From: a virus
Lineage: Duplodnaviria > Caudoviricetes
Reading direction: 5' to 3' (one strand)
Virus record (IMG/VR): IMGVR_UViG_3300033983_000012
Coordinates: 1-55,815 of that record
Length of the DNA stretch: 55,815 nt
Shown here: positions 16,664-25,420 of the stretch, piece after piece
Layout of the letters: every line of letters begins with the position of its first letter
Position numbering within the stretch: the first letter of the stretch is position 1
The notes under the pieces: model-generated
The model's input: the letters and a program-made list of their open reading frames with translations, nothing else
Told to the model about the DNA's origin: nothing
The model's database searches: none
Position numbers and translations under genes: made by a program

Positions 16664-18046
16664 TTACCTTCCACGCTGCGCGACCCACCGAGCCAGTCGC
16701 TTCAAGGAGAAACGGGATTCGGACGCAGGGGCAACGGAGGCGTCTGCTGCGTCGGCCTCCGCCACCACCTCCGGAACGCGCGCCGCCGCCACTTCCTCAA
16801 ACGTGCGCCCATCGCCGTCGAGCGTGGCCCGCTTCCCCGTAAGCTTCTGCCAGCGCTCAATGATCACGTCCACGAACGCGGGCGAGATCTCCATGGCGCA
16901 GCACGTCCGCCCCAACTGTTCCGCGGCAACGACTGCTGTGCCGCTGCCGGCGAAGGGTTCGTAGATGAGATCGCCCGGCACGGTGTGATACTGGATCGGC
17001 CGCGCGAAGATCTCGATCGGCTTCTGCGTCGGATGGACGCCCGTCACACCATCCTCGATCTTGCTTTCGATCTGCCACACAGACCGGGCATCCGCCGGCG
17101 GCCGGCGCGCGGGCTGCTTGCCTTTGATCCAGCCATAGAAGCATGGCTCGTGCTGCCACATGAAGTGCGAATAGGTCAGGACGGCGCGGCTCTTGAACCA
17201 GATGATCTGCTGATGGACCTGAAAGCCGCACGCCCGCATGGCGGACTCCAGATCCGACTGGCGCGCAGAAGCATGCCAGATGTACCAGGCGGCGTTCGGG
17301 AGGGCGGCTTGATTGATCGCTGTCTGGATGAACAGCTTGAAGAACTGAGGCGCGTTCTCGATTACGTCCCAGTATTGATCCGACCAGTTCTTGTCGCGCT
17401 CGTTCTTGGTGGCCTTGGGACCAGGGTGCTCGCCGCCCTTGTAGCTCACAGCGTAAGGCGGATCGGTGGCCACCAGCACTGCGCGCCTCGAGCCGCACAA
17501 GCGCTTGACGTCCACCACTGATGTCGAATCGCCGCACAAGAGGCGATGACGCCCGAGCAGCCACAGGTCTCCAGCGACGCTCACCGGGTTCTTGGGCGGT
17601 TCCGGCGCGGCGACATCGATCACTTCCTCGCGTTGCGTCGCCGCCGCGATTGCCGTGTCGATCTCTCGAACGTCGAATCCAGTCAGGCTCAAATCCAACT
17701 CCATACCCTTCAGATCGAGCAGCTCCGGTCCGAGGAGCGCTTCATCCCACGTCGTCTCATCGTGGCTCCGGTTGTCGAGCAGTCGGTATGCCCGGGCCTG
17801 CGCCGGCGTCAGATTCTCGGCGACGTGGACCGGCACCACATCGAGCCCGAGCTTTCTCGCCGCCAGGAGCCGCGTGTGCCCGACGATGATCACACCTTCG
17901 CGGTCCACTACGATGGGCTGGCGAAATCCGAACTCCTTGATGGAGGCAGCAACTTTGTCGACGGCCGCGGCAGAGATTTTGCGAGGATTTCGCGCGTAGG
18001 GAATCGGCCGGTCTATCGGCCAGAGCTCGACCTGGATTTTGTCCAC
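16664..18046 (-). CDS. ParB-like domain / N6-N4 DNA methyltransferase fusion
   Basis: PYARNPR...EFGFRQPIVVD...GHTRLLAA; HRLLCGDST; TDPPY; HPTQKP; EPFAGSGT. Confidence 0.95.
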   Translation of the reverse strand: MDKIQVELWPIDRPIPYARNPRKISAAAVDKVAASIKEFGFRQPIVVDREGVIIVGHTRLLAARKLGLDVVPVHVAENLTPAQARAYRLLDNRSHDETTWDEALLGPELLDLKGMELDLSLTGFDVREIDTAIAAATQREEVIDVAAPEPPKNPVSVAGDLWLLGRHRLLCGDSTSVVDVKRLCGSRRAVLVATDPPYAVSYKGGEHPGPKATKNERDKNWSDQYWDVIENAPQFFKLFIQTAINQAALPNAAWYIWHASARQSDLESAMRACGFQVHQQIIWFKSRAVLTYSHFMWQHEPCFYGWIKGKQPARRPPADARSVWQIESKIEDGVTGVHPTQKPIEIFARPIQYHTVPGDLIYEPFAGSGTAVVAAEQLGRTCCAMEISPAFVDVIIERWQKLTGKRATLDGDGRTFEEVAAARVPEVVAEADAADASVAPASESRFSLKRLARWVAQRGR

Positions 18047-18139
18047 TCCTGGGCAGCCGCAGGCCAGTCTGCTGGCGTCGCCCCAAAACGTTCGGTTGGC
18101 GTTCGCAAATCATTGATGCAATGGTGCTAATATTCCCGT

Positions 18140-18229
18140 GCCCCCTGGGGGCCGGGATGATGCCAGGTCAGTCTGGCGTTGTCCCTCGGCGGCCGGCCAG
18201 CTCGCAACTGGCCGGTCGCCGGTTTTTTT
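18140..18229 (+). ncRNA. Candidate ~90-nt small RNA antisense to the late operon
   Basis: Extended -10 TGcTAATAT (18125-18133), a 13-bp hairpin with three G-U pairs (18154-18185), and a 14-bp terminator stem plus T7 (18187-18229), all intergenic and plus-strand. Confidence 0.55.
18187..18229 (+). terminator. Rho-independent terminator
   Basis: CGGCGGCCGGCCAG-CTCGCAA-CTGGCCGGTCGCCG-G-TTTTTTT. Confidence 0.8.
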
Positions 18230-18244
18230 CGTGGCCGTCCCAGC

Positions 18245-18652
18245 CTACTTTCCGAAGATCCGCAGAATCATGTCCACCACCGCGACAATACATCCGGCCA
18301 GGGCGATAAAAAACGTCACGTTCAAATTGCTCTGGCTCGCTTTACCCTGCATTTCCGCGCGAGATTCCCGCAGTCCACGCAAGTCTGTTTCCACGCTTTT
18401 TGAATAGGCTTCGTGCTCCAACCGCGGAAACATTCGATCCCGTTCGGCGCGTTCATCCCTCAGGGCTCCCCGCATCTCATTTAGCCACGCCAAGTGCTTG
18501 TCCAGCGCCGCTTTGTCGCTTGCACGGACAACCTCCATCAGCTCGTGCTCGCGTTCGTGAGCCTTGAAGTTGGTGAGGACGAGCTTTTCGAGGTCGACCA
18601 ACCTCGACTCCATGTGGTCCCGCAACGGGACTTCATCGGCTCCATCGCTCAT
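18245..18652 (-). CDS. Coiled-coil protein with C-terminal transmembrane helix
   Basis: 135 aa, charged helical body, ends VTFFIALAGCIVAVVDMILRIFGK. Confidence 0.8.
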   Translation of the reverse strand: MSDGADEVPLRDHMESRLVDLEKLVLTNFKAHEREHELMEVVRASDKAALDKHLAWLNEMRGALRDERAERDRMFPRLEHEAYSKSVETDLRGLRESRAEMQGKASQSNLNVTFFIALAGCIVAVVDMILRIFGK

Positions 18653-18661
18653 CGTTCGCTC

Positions 18662-18868
18662 TCAGAATCCGAGAAGCCGGTCCGCGGGCCGGTTGTTGGC
18701 GTAGCTCTCGATCTCACGTCGGAGCGCCTCCCGCCCCGGCCCGTTGAGGCGGATAGAACCAGCGGCTTCGGCAGGCGCCGACACGATGGCCGCCCTGGGT
18801 CGCTCCGTTCCTTCGTGGGCGCCGCGCTCGCGGGCCAGCCAGCGCGCACCACTGGTCGAAGCCTTCAC
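18662..18868 (-). CDS. Hypothetical protein
   Basis: 68 aa, GTGA-coupled to the upstream gene. Confidence 0.5.
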   Translation of the reverse strand: MKASTSGARWLARERGAHEGTERPRAAIVSAPAEAAGSIRLNGPGREALRREIESYANNRPADRLLGF

Positions 18869-19278
18869 GCCGCGCGCCTGGGGGAAAGGATCGGCGCTGG
18901 AATCCGATCAGGGTTGAATCGATCCTTGGGAAAACGCTCGTTGTCAGGCCAGCGCTCGAACCTGCCACCAGCCCCCTCGCGCTTCAGTATTGTGGGATGG
19001 TTTTCCATCGCCTCCTGGTAGGTGTACTTCAGGCTTTCCCGGCTATACCGAGACTCGCGATAGATCCGTTCCACCTGCTGAGAGATGGCCTTGTTGACCC
19101 GGAGCCGCTTGATGCGGTTCCGCGATCCGATTCCGATCACGCCCTCCTTCGCAATGAGCGCGAGCAGTTGAATCCGATCCATCCGAAGCATTATCCGGTC
19201 GCCCTTCTCGGCTAAAATCTCGACCGGAAAGACCATCGTCGGAAAATAGGCTGTGAGCCGTTTGGCTGAGATTATCAC
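18865..19278 (-). CDS. Hypothetical protein
   Basis: 137 aa, protein-like composition, coupled to the downstream gene. Confidence 0.7.
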   Translation of the reverse strand: MIISAKRLTAYFPTMVFPVEILAEKGDRIMLRMDRIQLLALIAKEGVIGIGSRNRIKRLRVNKAISQQVERIYRESRYSRESLKYTYQEAMENHPTILKREGAGGRFERWPDNERFPKDRFNPDRIPAPILSPRRAA

Positions 19279-19963
19279 GGTAGTCTATCGTCTTTGCGCC
19301 TTTGCGCGAGTTGCACGGACGGCAGAGCGGCTGAATGTTCGAGATGAAGTTCGATCCGCCATGAAGTAGTGGAACCACATGGTCTTTGGTTAGTGTGCCT
19401 TCGATTGCCGTGGCATCCACGCCGCAACACACACAACGAAATCCGAACCGCTTCAGGCAATCCAACCACTCCTTGAGCGTGTGTGACCCCTCGGCGTGAA
19501 GTTCCCGCAGGCGCCGAAGATCCTTGTTTCGCGCGGACTCAATCGCGGCTTCCTTGTGCCGGCAGTATACGCAGCGGTGGTCAACGCCGTCCGCAAAGGT
19601 TGCTCGTTTCGCAAATTGGCTCCGGCTCAACTCGCGGCGGCAGCCGTCGCAGAATTTCTTTTTGTAGTCGCGCAACAGCGCGGAAGCGACTCGCAGGTCG
19701 AACCCCGCCAAGGCGCTTGATTGTGCGATGAAATCGGCGCCCCGGAGTATTCGCACCGCGCGCAGCTTCCCATTCTGAACGATCCCAGAAAACAGCCCCT
19801 CTCCGGAGAGCCTAGACAAAAATCCGATTGGGCTGTGACCGCACGCCTGGCCATTCACGTTCTTAAGGCGCACGCGACCGCCGCGAAGCTGGAAAGGTGT
19901 GAGGTAGAGAGCGATATCGGATTCTGGGACTTCCAGAGATGGCTGTGGCGTCGATGGGCTCAT
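19043..19963 (-). CDS. HNH endonuclease (Zn-finger type), first late gene
   Basis: CDGC...CVYC; HTLKEW...CVCCG...TKDHVVPLLHGGSNFISNIQPLCRPCNSRKG. The last ~78 codons overlap the next gene. Confidence 0.88.
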   Translation of the reverse strand: MSPSTPQPSLEVPESDIALYLTPFQLRGGRVRLKNVNGQACGHSPIGFLSRLSGEGLFSGIVQNGKLRAVRILRGADFIAQSSALAGFDLRVASALLRDYKKKFCDGCRRELSRSQFAKRATFADGVDHRCVYCRHKEAAIESARNKDLRRLRELHAEGSHTLKEWLDCLKRFGFRCVCCGVDATAIEGTLTKDHVVPLLHGGSNFISNIQPLCRPCNSRKGAKTIDYRDNLSQTAHSLFSDDGLSGRDFSREGRPDNASDGSDSTARAHCEGGRDRNRIAEPHQAAPGQQGHLSAGGTDLSRVSV

Positions 19964-20064
19964 ATCTTGCCAGCGTTCCCGTTGAGTGGCGGGGCTATTT
20001 GGTCCGCGTCCTGCCGGCGGACCCGCTGGTTTAAATCTTCAAATCGCGCAGTTCAAAACTGCAC

Positions 20065-20106
20065 AGTTTACGCCAATAGTTTGAAACAAATCGATCTGAT
20101 TGTCAA
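20065..20106 (-). promoter_or_regulatory. Sigma70-type promoter, probable late promoter
   Basis: TTGACA (20106-20101), 17 bp, CAAACT (20083-20078) in an AT-rich gap; a second -10-like TAAACT at 20070-20065. Confidence 0.7.
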
Positions 20107-20134
20107 ACACGGAACAACAGCGAGCTTTGTGACC

Positions 20135-20407
20135 TCAGCCACGCGCCCTCCTGGTCCTCGGGTACCAGCGCATGGTCCAGCGGGGTGCCGTCACTTCGTT
20201 CGCCGACACGCGATGGCATTGGAGCGTGAACCGCTCGCAGGATGACGGCCGCCGTCGCTGGATCTTGCGCACGCCCAGCACCAGGTATCCGCTGCCGGGC
20301 CCATGCTTGCCGACCGTCAGGACGTAATCGCCGCGCTTCGGCGCGCCGGCGCCGGGGGCGAGGTCGATGAAGATGCGGCACTCCAGCGCTCGCGCTCGCT
20401 CAGACAT
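20135..20407 (-). CDS. Hypothetical protein
   Basis: 90 aa, overlaps the upstream stop; last gene of the early/middle block. Confidence 0.6.
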   Translation of the reverse strand: MSERARALECRIFIDLAPGAGAPKRGDYVLTVGKHGPGSGYLVLGVRKIQRRRPSSCERFTLQCHRVSANEVTAPRWTMRWYPRTRRARG

Positions 20408-20738
20408 GGACTACCTTGAGCGCCGCCACCATCTGGTCGATGGCGTCGCGCAGTGAATGCGCCTCGTAGTCGCGGTCAAGCCCCGAGACGCGCCACACTC
20501 CGCCGCATGTCAACTCGATATCGGCGCACTGGCTCTCGACGGCATCGAGGCGCGCGGTGTCTGGCCCTGGCTCGCCCCCGACTGCCGCCTTGCACAACGA
20601 GACGATTCGCTCGTCGGTGGCGAGCCGCCCGATGACCCTGAGGAAACTCAGGGCACTGTCGCGCTCCTTGCGGAGGCGGGTCGCGTCGGCCTGGGCCTCC
20701 TCGAAGAGGTGCTGGTACTTGCGCTCACTGATGGGCAT
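20400..20738 (-). CDS. Hypothetical protein
   Basis: 112 aa; DTARLDAVE...SLRDAIDQM motif common in small phage proteins. Confidence 0.7.
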   Translation of the reverse strand: MPISERKYQHLFEEAQADATRLRKERDSALSFLRVIGRLATDERIVSLCKAAVGGEPGPDTARLDAVESQCADIELTCGGVWRVSGLDRDYEAHSLRDAIDQMVAALKVVHV

Positions 20739-21135
20739 GGGGAGCCTCCGGCCATTTCCAATGGATGACGTGCCCCCGGAACGGAAGCCGGCCGGCCCAG
20801 AAGTCCATCATTTCCGCGAAGGCCTGGTCTCGGCCGCGGTTGCGAAAACCGTCCCGCCAGGCGAGCGCGTTGCACTCGTCCATGTCGAGCCGAACGCCAT
20901 CGATGGTCACCTCGACCTCGGTCCAGTGGTATTCCTGGGGTGCGTCGATTTCAATCTCCTCGACCTTGACGCACGGCCAACGGCCAAGCAGCCGCATGAT
21001 CTTCTGTCGCGGGTCCACGTAGCAGTGGCACATTTGGCCGACGCGCGGCGGGATCTTTCGGATCGCCCGGATCGTGTGGGTCTTCGAACCATCCTCGACG
21101 TAGGGGGCGAAGCGGCGCTTGAAGCCGAGGAGCAT
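20725..21135 (-). CDS. ASCH-domain-like protein
   Basis: GFKRRFAPYVEDGSKTHTIR...LAWRDGF...EMMDFW. Confidence 0.75.
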   Translation of the reverse strand: MLLGFKRRFAPYVEDGSKTHTIRAIRKIPPRVGQMCHCYVDPRQKIMRLLGRWPCVKVEEIEIDAPQEYHWTEVEVTIDGVRLDMDECNALAWRDGFRNRGRDQAFAEMMDFWAGRLPFRGHVIHWKWPEAPHAHQ

Positions 21136-21136
21136 C

Positions 21137-21514
21137 CTACAGAACCTCCTCGAGACCCAGCCGGCCGAACGCAGCGACCTTCTCGGGATAGCCGGATCCG
21201 ACCGGGTTGTAGCGCTTCAGAAACTCGACCACGGTGCGCCCCTGGCCGCGCACGATCTGCCGGCGCAGCGCGCGCTCGCCGTCCACCAGCCGCCAGAAGA
21301 CCGCGTAGCCACCCGGACCGCGGCGAGCTCCGAGCTGGCCAGCGAACTTCAGGCAACCAGGGTTGCGCAGCGCCGCACAGTTCTCGACGCGAGCCAGGGC
21401 GTCGAAGAGCCGCTCCTGAACGGATGGGCAGCGCGGCGCCAGTCTCTGCGCAAAAGGGGCATGCAGGCAGGTAGCCGACAGCGCGAGGAGTAGAACACGG
21501 GAATGCTGCTTCAC
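21137..21514 (-). CDS. Signal-anchored lysozyme-fold-like protein
   Basis: GTG at 21514 overlaps the upstream stop. Hydrophobic N-terminus, then ALARVE...NPGCL...YAVF...GERALRRQI...TVVEFLKRYNP...YPEKV. Confidence 0.55.
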   Translation of the reverse strand: MKQHSRVLLLALSATCLHAPFAQRLAPRCPSVQERLFDALARVENCAALRNPGCLKFAGQLGARRGPGGYAVFWRLVDGERALRRQIVRGQGRTVVEFLKRYNPVGSGYPEKVAAFGRLGLEEVL

Positions 21515-22191
21515 TGGATCGTCTCCTTCCCACCCTTCGGAGGCTTCGTCAGGAATACCATCTCGGCGGCCTTTCCTTTCTCGGGTGCGAGATCTCGAAT
21601 CCAGATGGCTCCAGTGTCCTTGAATCCGCAGGCCTGGCAGTCGGTCATATAGCCGCCCCGAAATTCGCCCACTTCGCGCGTCGGCCCCGCCGCGGCACCG
21701 CACTTCGGGCAATACTGCTGCTTCCCTATTTCCGCAAAGTGATCGAGTGGTGCCGGGGCGGGCCAATAGGATGCCGGCGGCAGTCCGGATTCGCGCGCTC
21801 TGGCCCGCGGAGATTCGCCCATGCGGTACGGGTTCATACCGCTCTTCTGGATCTTGACCGGCAGCTTCCAATGGCGCACCACTTCCGTCCACTCGACCTC
21901 ATCAATGTTCAGGTCGCTGTGCACCAGGAGTCCGCAGCGGATAAAGGCCTCGCGTATCGCCGGGTTCAGGAGCAGCTCCGGACCTGAGTCGTCGATCTGC
22001 ATGTTGATCGGGTATGTGTTGTACAAAAACTGCGTCATCACGCAGTTGGCGCAGACTCCCTTCGCCTCTTTAGCAAGGCGGAAAGGATGGGCGTCTTCAT
22101 GACGGCTGGACTCAGGTGCGAGCGTGATGAGCTTTCCACAGCGCTCGCACTTCGCCATCGGTTTCGTGAAGTCAATCATTCCGCTGGGCAT
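21511..22191 (-). CDS. Cys-rich (Zn-finger) hypothetical protein
   Basis: CERCG, CANC, CPKCG, CQACG pairs; RBS AGGAG before ATG 22191. Confidence 0.7.
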   Translation of the reverse strand: MPSGMIDFTKPMAKCERCGKLITLAPESSRHEDAHPFRLAKEAKGVCANCVMTQFLYNTYPINMQIDDSGPELLLNPAIREAFIRCGLLVHSDLNIDEVEWTEVVRHWKLPVKIQKSGMNPYRMGESPRARARESGLPPASYWPAPAPLDHFAEIGKQQYCPKCGAAAGPTREVGEFRGGYMTDCQACGFKDTGAIWIRDLAPEKGKAAEMVFLTKPPKGGKETIQ

Positions 22192-22544
22192 GCGGCTCCT
22201 TTCTCCGGTCCCAGTAAAAGCGGGGAGTGCCCCGCGTTTCGGATCTCCCTGGTGTCGGAGAGGTCTACGGTCACCCCACGCCATTTCTTCGGCGCACACT
22301 TGGAGCAGAGTCGCAGGGTTTCGAGAATCGGTCCACTTATCGGAATCACCTGGCTGCTTGGGCAATGGTTGTCCGTGCGCGGGTTCAGGTACGTGCAGTC
22401 GCGATCCAGGTGCGCCAAGCCGATATGGATTCCATTGCCGTGCCCCCTGTACATGGCAATGGGAGTCACCCTTACGTAGCAGACACCCTGCCTCGCTGCG
22501 GAAACGGAGTTTTCTCGGGTACGCTTCACCAGGTCATTTGCCAC
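22176..22544 (-). CDS. Hypothetical protein
   Basis: 122 aa, fills the gap between coupled genes. Confidence 0.55.
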   Translation of the reverse strand: MANDLVKRTRENSVSAARQGVCYVRVTPIAMYRGHGNGIHIGLAHLDRDCTYLNPRTDNHCPSSQVIPISGPILETLRLCSKCAPKKWRGVTVDLSDTREIRNAGHSPLLLGPEKGAACPAE

Positions 22545-23394
22545 GGAGCACCTCCGGCAATTCGCGCATGCGCAGCAAGGGCGGCAGGCTCTTCAGCATC
22601 GATCCCTTTCGGTCGCTCTTGAGGAACATGGCTCCGCGCATCTTTCCGAGGGAATCCACGGGGTTGGCGCCGAACTGTTTCATCCAGAACTTGATGCCGT
22701 GTTGCTGGCACCAATCGAGAGACACGTACGCCCAGTTGTCCACGAATGGCCGAGCGTTTGCGCCCGACTCGCCGCCGACGACGAGTAGCTTGATGAACTC
22801 CCATCCCTGCCAGTTCACCGGGCCGATGGCTGGCTCATGCCAGACGTGGGTACTCCAACCCGTTGCGGCAAGCTCTGCCATCGCGTTCCGCTGGCGGTCT
22901 GCCTCGGATTGGTTCATCACAGAGCAACCGATGGTGATCCCGTCCGGAGGATGCCAGTGTCCATCCCCATAGATCCGGTTCATGGCAAACGTGAACTGCT
23001 GGCGCAACTCGACTGGCATTTTGGTGAGGAACATAATCCGGTGTCCGTTCCTGAGCGCAGAACAGGCCACACGAAGAATCTTCTCCATATCGTCGGTCCC
23101 TAACCGCCCAATGTCCCCATGAAAGCCAGTGGCGATCAGGGCCGACTTGCGCCACTTCAGGGGATCGGAGAGGTGCGCTTCGTCCAGGACCGTTTCGCCA
23201 GACCAACGCTTTCCATCTGGAGTCAGCGCGATCTTAAAAAACTCTGACCGCCCTGGGGAAGTGGAGCGCTGGCACTCCACGATGCGCGCCACCGTCTTGC
23301 GTGCCCAGCAGCGCGGGGCGCATGGCATGCGCGGATCGCACCCCACCACCACCTGCCAAGCCTTGTCGGCGAGTCCGTAGATCGCCTTACCCAC
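22534..23394 (-). CDS. DUF5131 (gp37/gp68) family protein
   Basis: WQVVVGCD...CAPRCWA; PLKWRK; FLTK; EPAIGPV; VVGGESGANARP; FWMKQFG. Confidence 0.88.
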   Translation of the reverse strand: MGKAIYGLADKAWQVVVGCDPRMPCAPRCWARKTVARIVECQRSTSPGRSEFFKIALTPDGKRWSGETVLDEAHLSDPLKWRKSALIATGFHGDIGRLGTDDMEKILRVACSALRNGHRIMFLTKMPVELRQQFTFAMNRIYGDGHWHPPDGITIGCSVMNQSEADRQRNAMAELAATGWSTHVWHEPAIGPVNWQGWEFIKLLVVGGESGANARPFVDNWAYVSLDWCQQHGIKFWMKQFGANPVDSLGKMRGAMFLKSDRKGSMLKSLPPLLRMRELPEVLRGK

Positions 23395-23995
23395 GCTTCA
23401 CCTCCGGCTCCACGTCGTATTCGAAGGGCTGGTGCTTGCGCGCTGGCTTCAGGAGCGCCTCAGCTTGGCAGTGCGCGCAACCGGCGCCGTCGCAGTGGCA
23501 ACCTGGCCCAGCGGCCAGCAGGGCTTTGACGGCATCGGCGAGCCGGCCGATGGTGCCGAGCAGCCCACGGATGCGCTCCTGATATTCTGCGGGCGTGGGC
23601 GCAGCCGACGCCCGCTCCCAGGTCTCGCGCATGTTGTCGCGCTCGCGCTCTGCCCGCCGGCGGCGCTCCAGCTCGAGGTTGTTGGCATCCAAGAGCGCGC
23701 TCTCGCGGGCGCGAAGCCGGTCCACTTCAGCGGTGAGCTTCTGAATCCTGGCCATGTAGTCGCAGGCTTCCTGCGCTTGCTGCTGGTTCCACGCGGTGAG
23801 GCGGCCGATCTCCGCCTCCAGATTCGTCTGAGCGTCGGAAATTATTCGTGTGACTACGGGCGCTACCCCGTCGTGGAAATCGCGCACCGCGCATGGATCG
23901 TTGAGTATTGCCACGCGGCATGTGCCCAACTGCCTGACGATGCGGGTGCGGATCTCTTCTACCCGATCGGCGACTTGGGAGTGGTCAAGCAGCAT
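23387..23995 (-). CDS. Coiled-coil hypothetical protein
   Basis: 202 aa, heptad-rich, C-terminal CHC...CAHC. Confidence 0.7.
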   Translation of the reverse strand: MLLDHSQVADRVEEIRTRIVRQLGTCRVAILNDPCAVRDFHDGVAPVVTRIISDAQTNLEAEIGRLTAWNQQQAQEACDYMARIQKLTAEVDRLRARESALLDANNLELERRRRAERERDNMRETWERASAAPTPAEYQERIRGLLGTIGRLADAVKALLAAGPGCHCDGAGCAHCQAEALLKPARKHQPFEYDVEPEVKRG

Positions 23996-24422
23996 GGCTC
24001 CTCGCTTTCAGCTTGTTCTTCGCCCGGTGGGCGTCGCGGCAGATTCGGCAATATCTCAGGCCGCGATAGACGTAGGTGTTCTCGGCGTCATAGGGATGGC
24101 CCTGTGGACAGCGGATAGCGGCGGCGTGGCGCGCCGTGATCGTGTCACCGCGGAGTAGATTGACTCGGCGCGTCACGGGCTCCTGATGATCCGGATTGAC
24201 ACACGCCCGAAGCCGACAGGTATGGTCAAGATCGAGTTTTGCATCGACTGGCCCGTGGATCTGCTCGTAGAGCCAACGGTGGGCCTGAAACTGTTGTTTT
24301 CCAACACGGAACCGACCGTACCGGTTCTTCTTGTGAATCTTACCCGTCCACAGCCAGCAACCGCCGGGCACTTTCACAACTCGGGACATGAAACGCGCCA
24401 TGTGATCTGCGAGGGTTTTCAT
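23985..24422 (-). CDS. HNH endonuclease
   Basis: CWLWTG...YG...AHR...LDHTCRLRACVNPDH..N; CPQGH...CRIC. Confidence 0.92.
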   Translation of the reverse strand: MKTLADHMARFMSRVVKVPGGCWLWTGKIHKKNRYGRFRVGKQQFQAHRWLYEQIHGPVDAKLDLDHTCRLRACVNPDHQEPVTRRVNLLRGDTITARHAAAIRCPQGHPYDAENTYVYRGLRYCRICRDAHRAKNKLKARSHAA

Positions 24423-25420
24423 TCGAATAGCACCTCACTGGCGCGCACTTCTCCGCGCCCGACGCTCTTTACGAGTTGGCGCGCCTTGAGGCGCTGAATG
24501 TAAGTGTCCCGGCTGGACCGCTTGTATTCGGTGTGCTGGTCAATCGATTCACGGTCCACCGCACGCGGGAATGCGGAGACCAGGACCTCCAGGATGGCGC
24601 GCTCCCCTTCGGGCAGGCGCTGGAGCCAGTAGCGCGGCGCCGCGGCGCGCTGGCCGGCCTTGGGATGCGTCGTCTCCACCGGCCCGACCTTTACAAGCGT
24701 GACAACGTCCGATACCGCCGGCCCAAAGGCGAAGAACTCGCCAGGCCTCAGAGTCCGCAACGAGTTCTGTTGCTCCCGCGTGGAGAAGCCGAGCTCGTCG
24801 GAGGCGCGCTTCATGTCGACGTCGAGCGCGGACCGGCCGATCAGCTTGTTGTTCGCTTCGGCCGCGGCGTCCTTGTGCAGCTTCGAAATGCGCTGGGTGG
24901 CCAGTATCCCGCAGAATCCCCGTTTGCGCCCGCGCGTCATCAGATCGATTACAGACGCCGCGCTCTCAGCCTCGCCAACCTGTGGCGCGAATACGTGCGC
25001 TTCATCCACTACCACCAGGACCGGATGCCAGAGGTCGCGGGGCGCGTTTATGAGCGACTCGAGGAACAGTCGGACGAACCGGATCCGGTCATGAGCCTGA
25101 AGCTCGTAGATCCCCATGATCGTCGAGGCGCCCAATTCCAGGAGCCGCCGCGCCAGCAGCGGCGCGCTGCGCACGTCCGCAGGGCAGTCGCCTCCGTGGC
25201 GGCCGGCCAGCACGTAGTCGTACTTCTCGCGCAGGGTGTGAAACTCGTCTTCAACGTCGATCACGAGTTGCTGGATCTTGCCATGGGTCTGCTCCAGGAT
25301 TCGGCGCAACGCCCAGCTCTTGCCGGCGCCGCTGTTTGCTTGCACAAGCATGCGGCTCTCCACGAGCCGGTCCAGTTGAATACGAACGTCGCGGCCGGAG
25401 TTATCGGTTCCGATGATCAT
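24419..25420 (-). CDS. HerA/DUF87-like ATPase with C-terminal winged helix
   Basis: Walker A ANSGAGKS, Walker B VVVDEAH, RGRKRG, ATQR; ATG 25420 in ATGA overlap. Confidence 0.9.
   Translation of the reverse strand: MIIGTDNSGRDVRIQLDRLVESRMLVQANSGAGKSWALRRILEQTHGKIQQLVIDVEDEFHTLREKYDYVLAGRHGGDCPADVRSAPLLARRLLELGASTIMGIYELQAHDRIRFVRLFLESLINAPRDLWHPVLVVVDEAHVFAPQVGEAESAASVIDLMTRGRKRGFCGILATQRISKLHKDAAAEANNKLIGRSALDVDMKRASDELGFSTREQQNSLRTLRPGEFFAFGPAVSDVVTLVKVGPVETTHPKAGQRAAAPRYWLQRLPEGERAILEVLVSAFPRAVDRESIDQHTEYKRSSRDTYIQRLKARQLVKSVGRGEVRASEVLFE

Noticed and set aside
23985-24440. Terminus duplication around the HNH after HerA
   Set aside because: Only RBS-like similarity between the two flanks; no repeated peptide as in the other two cases.
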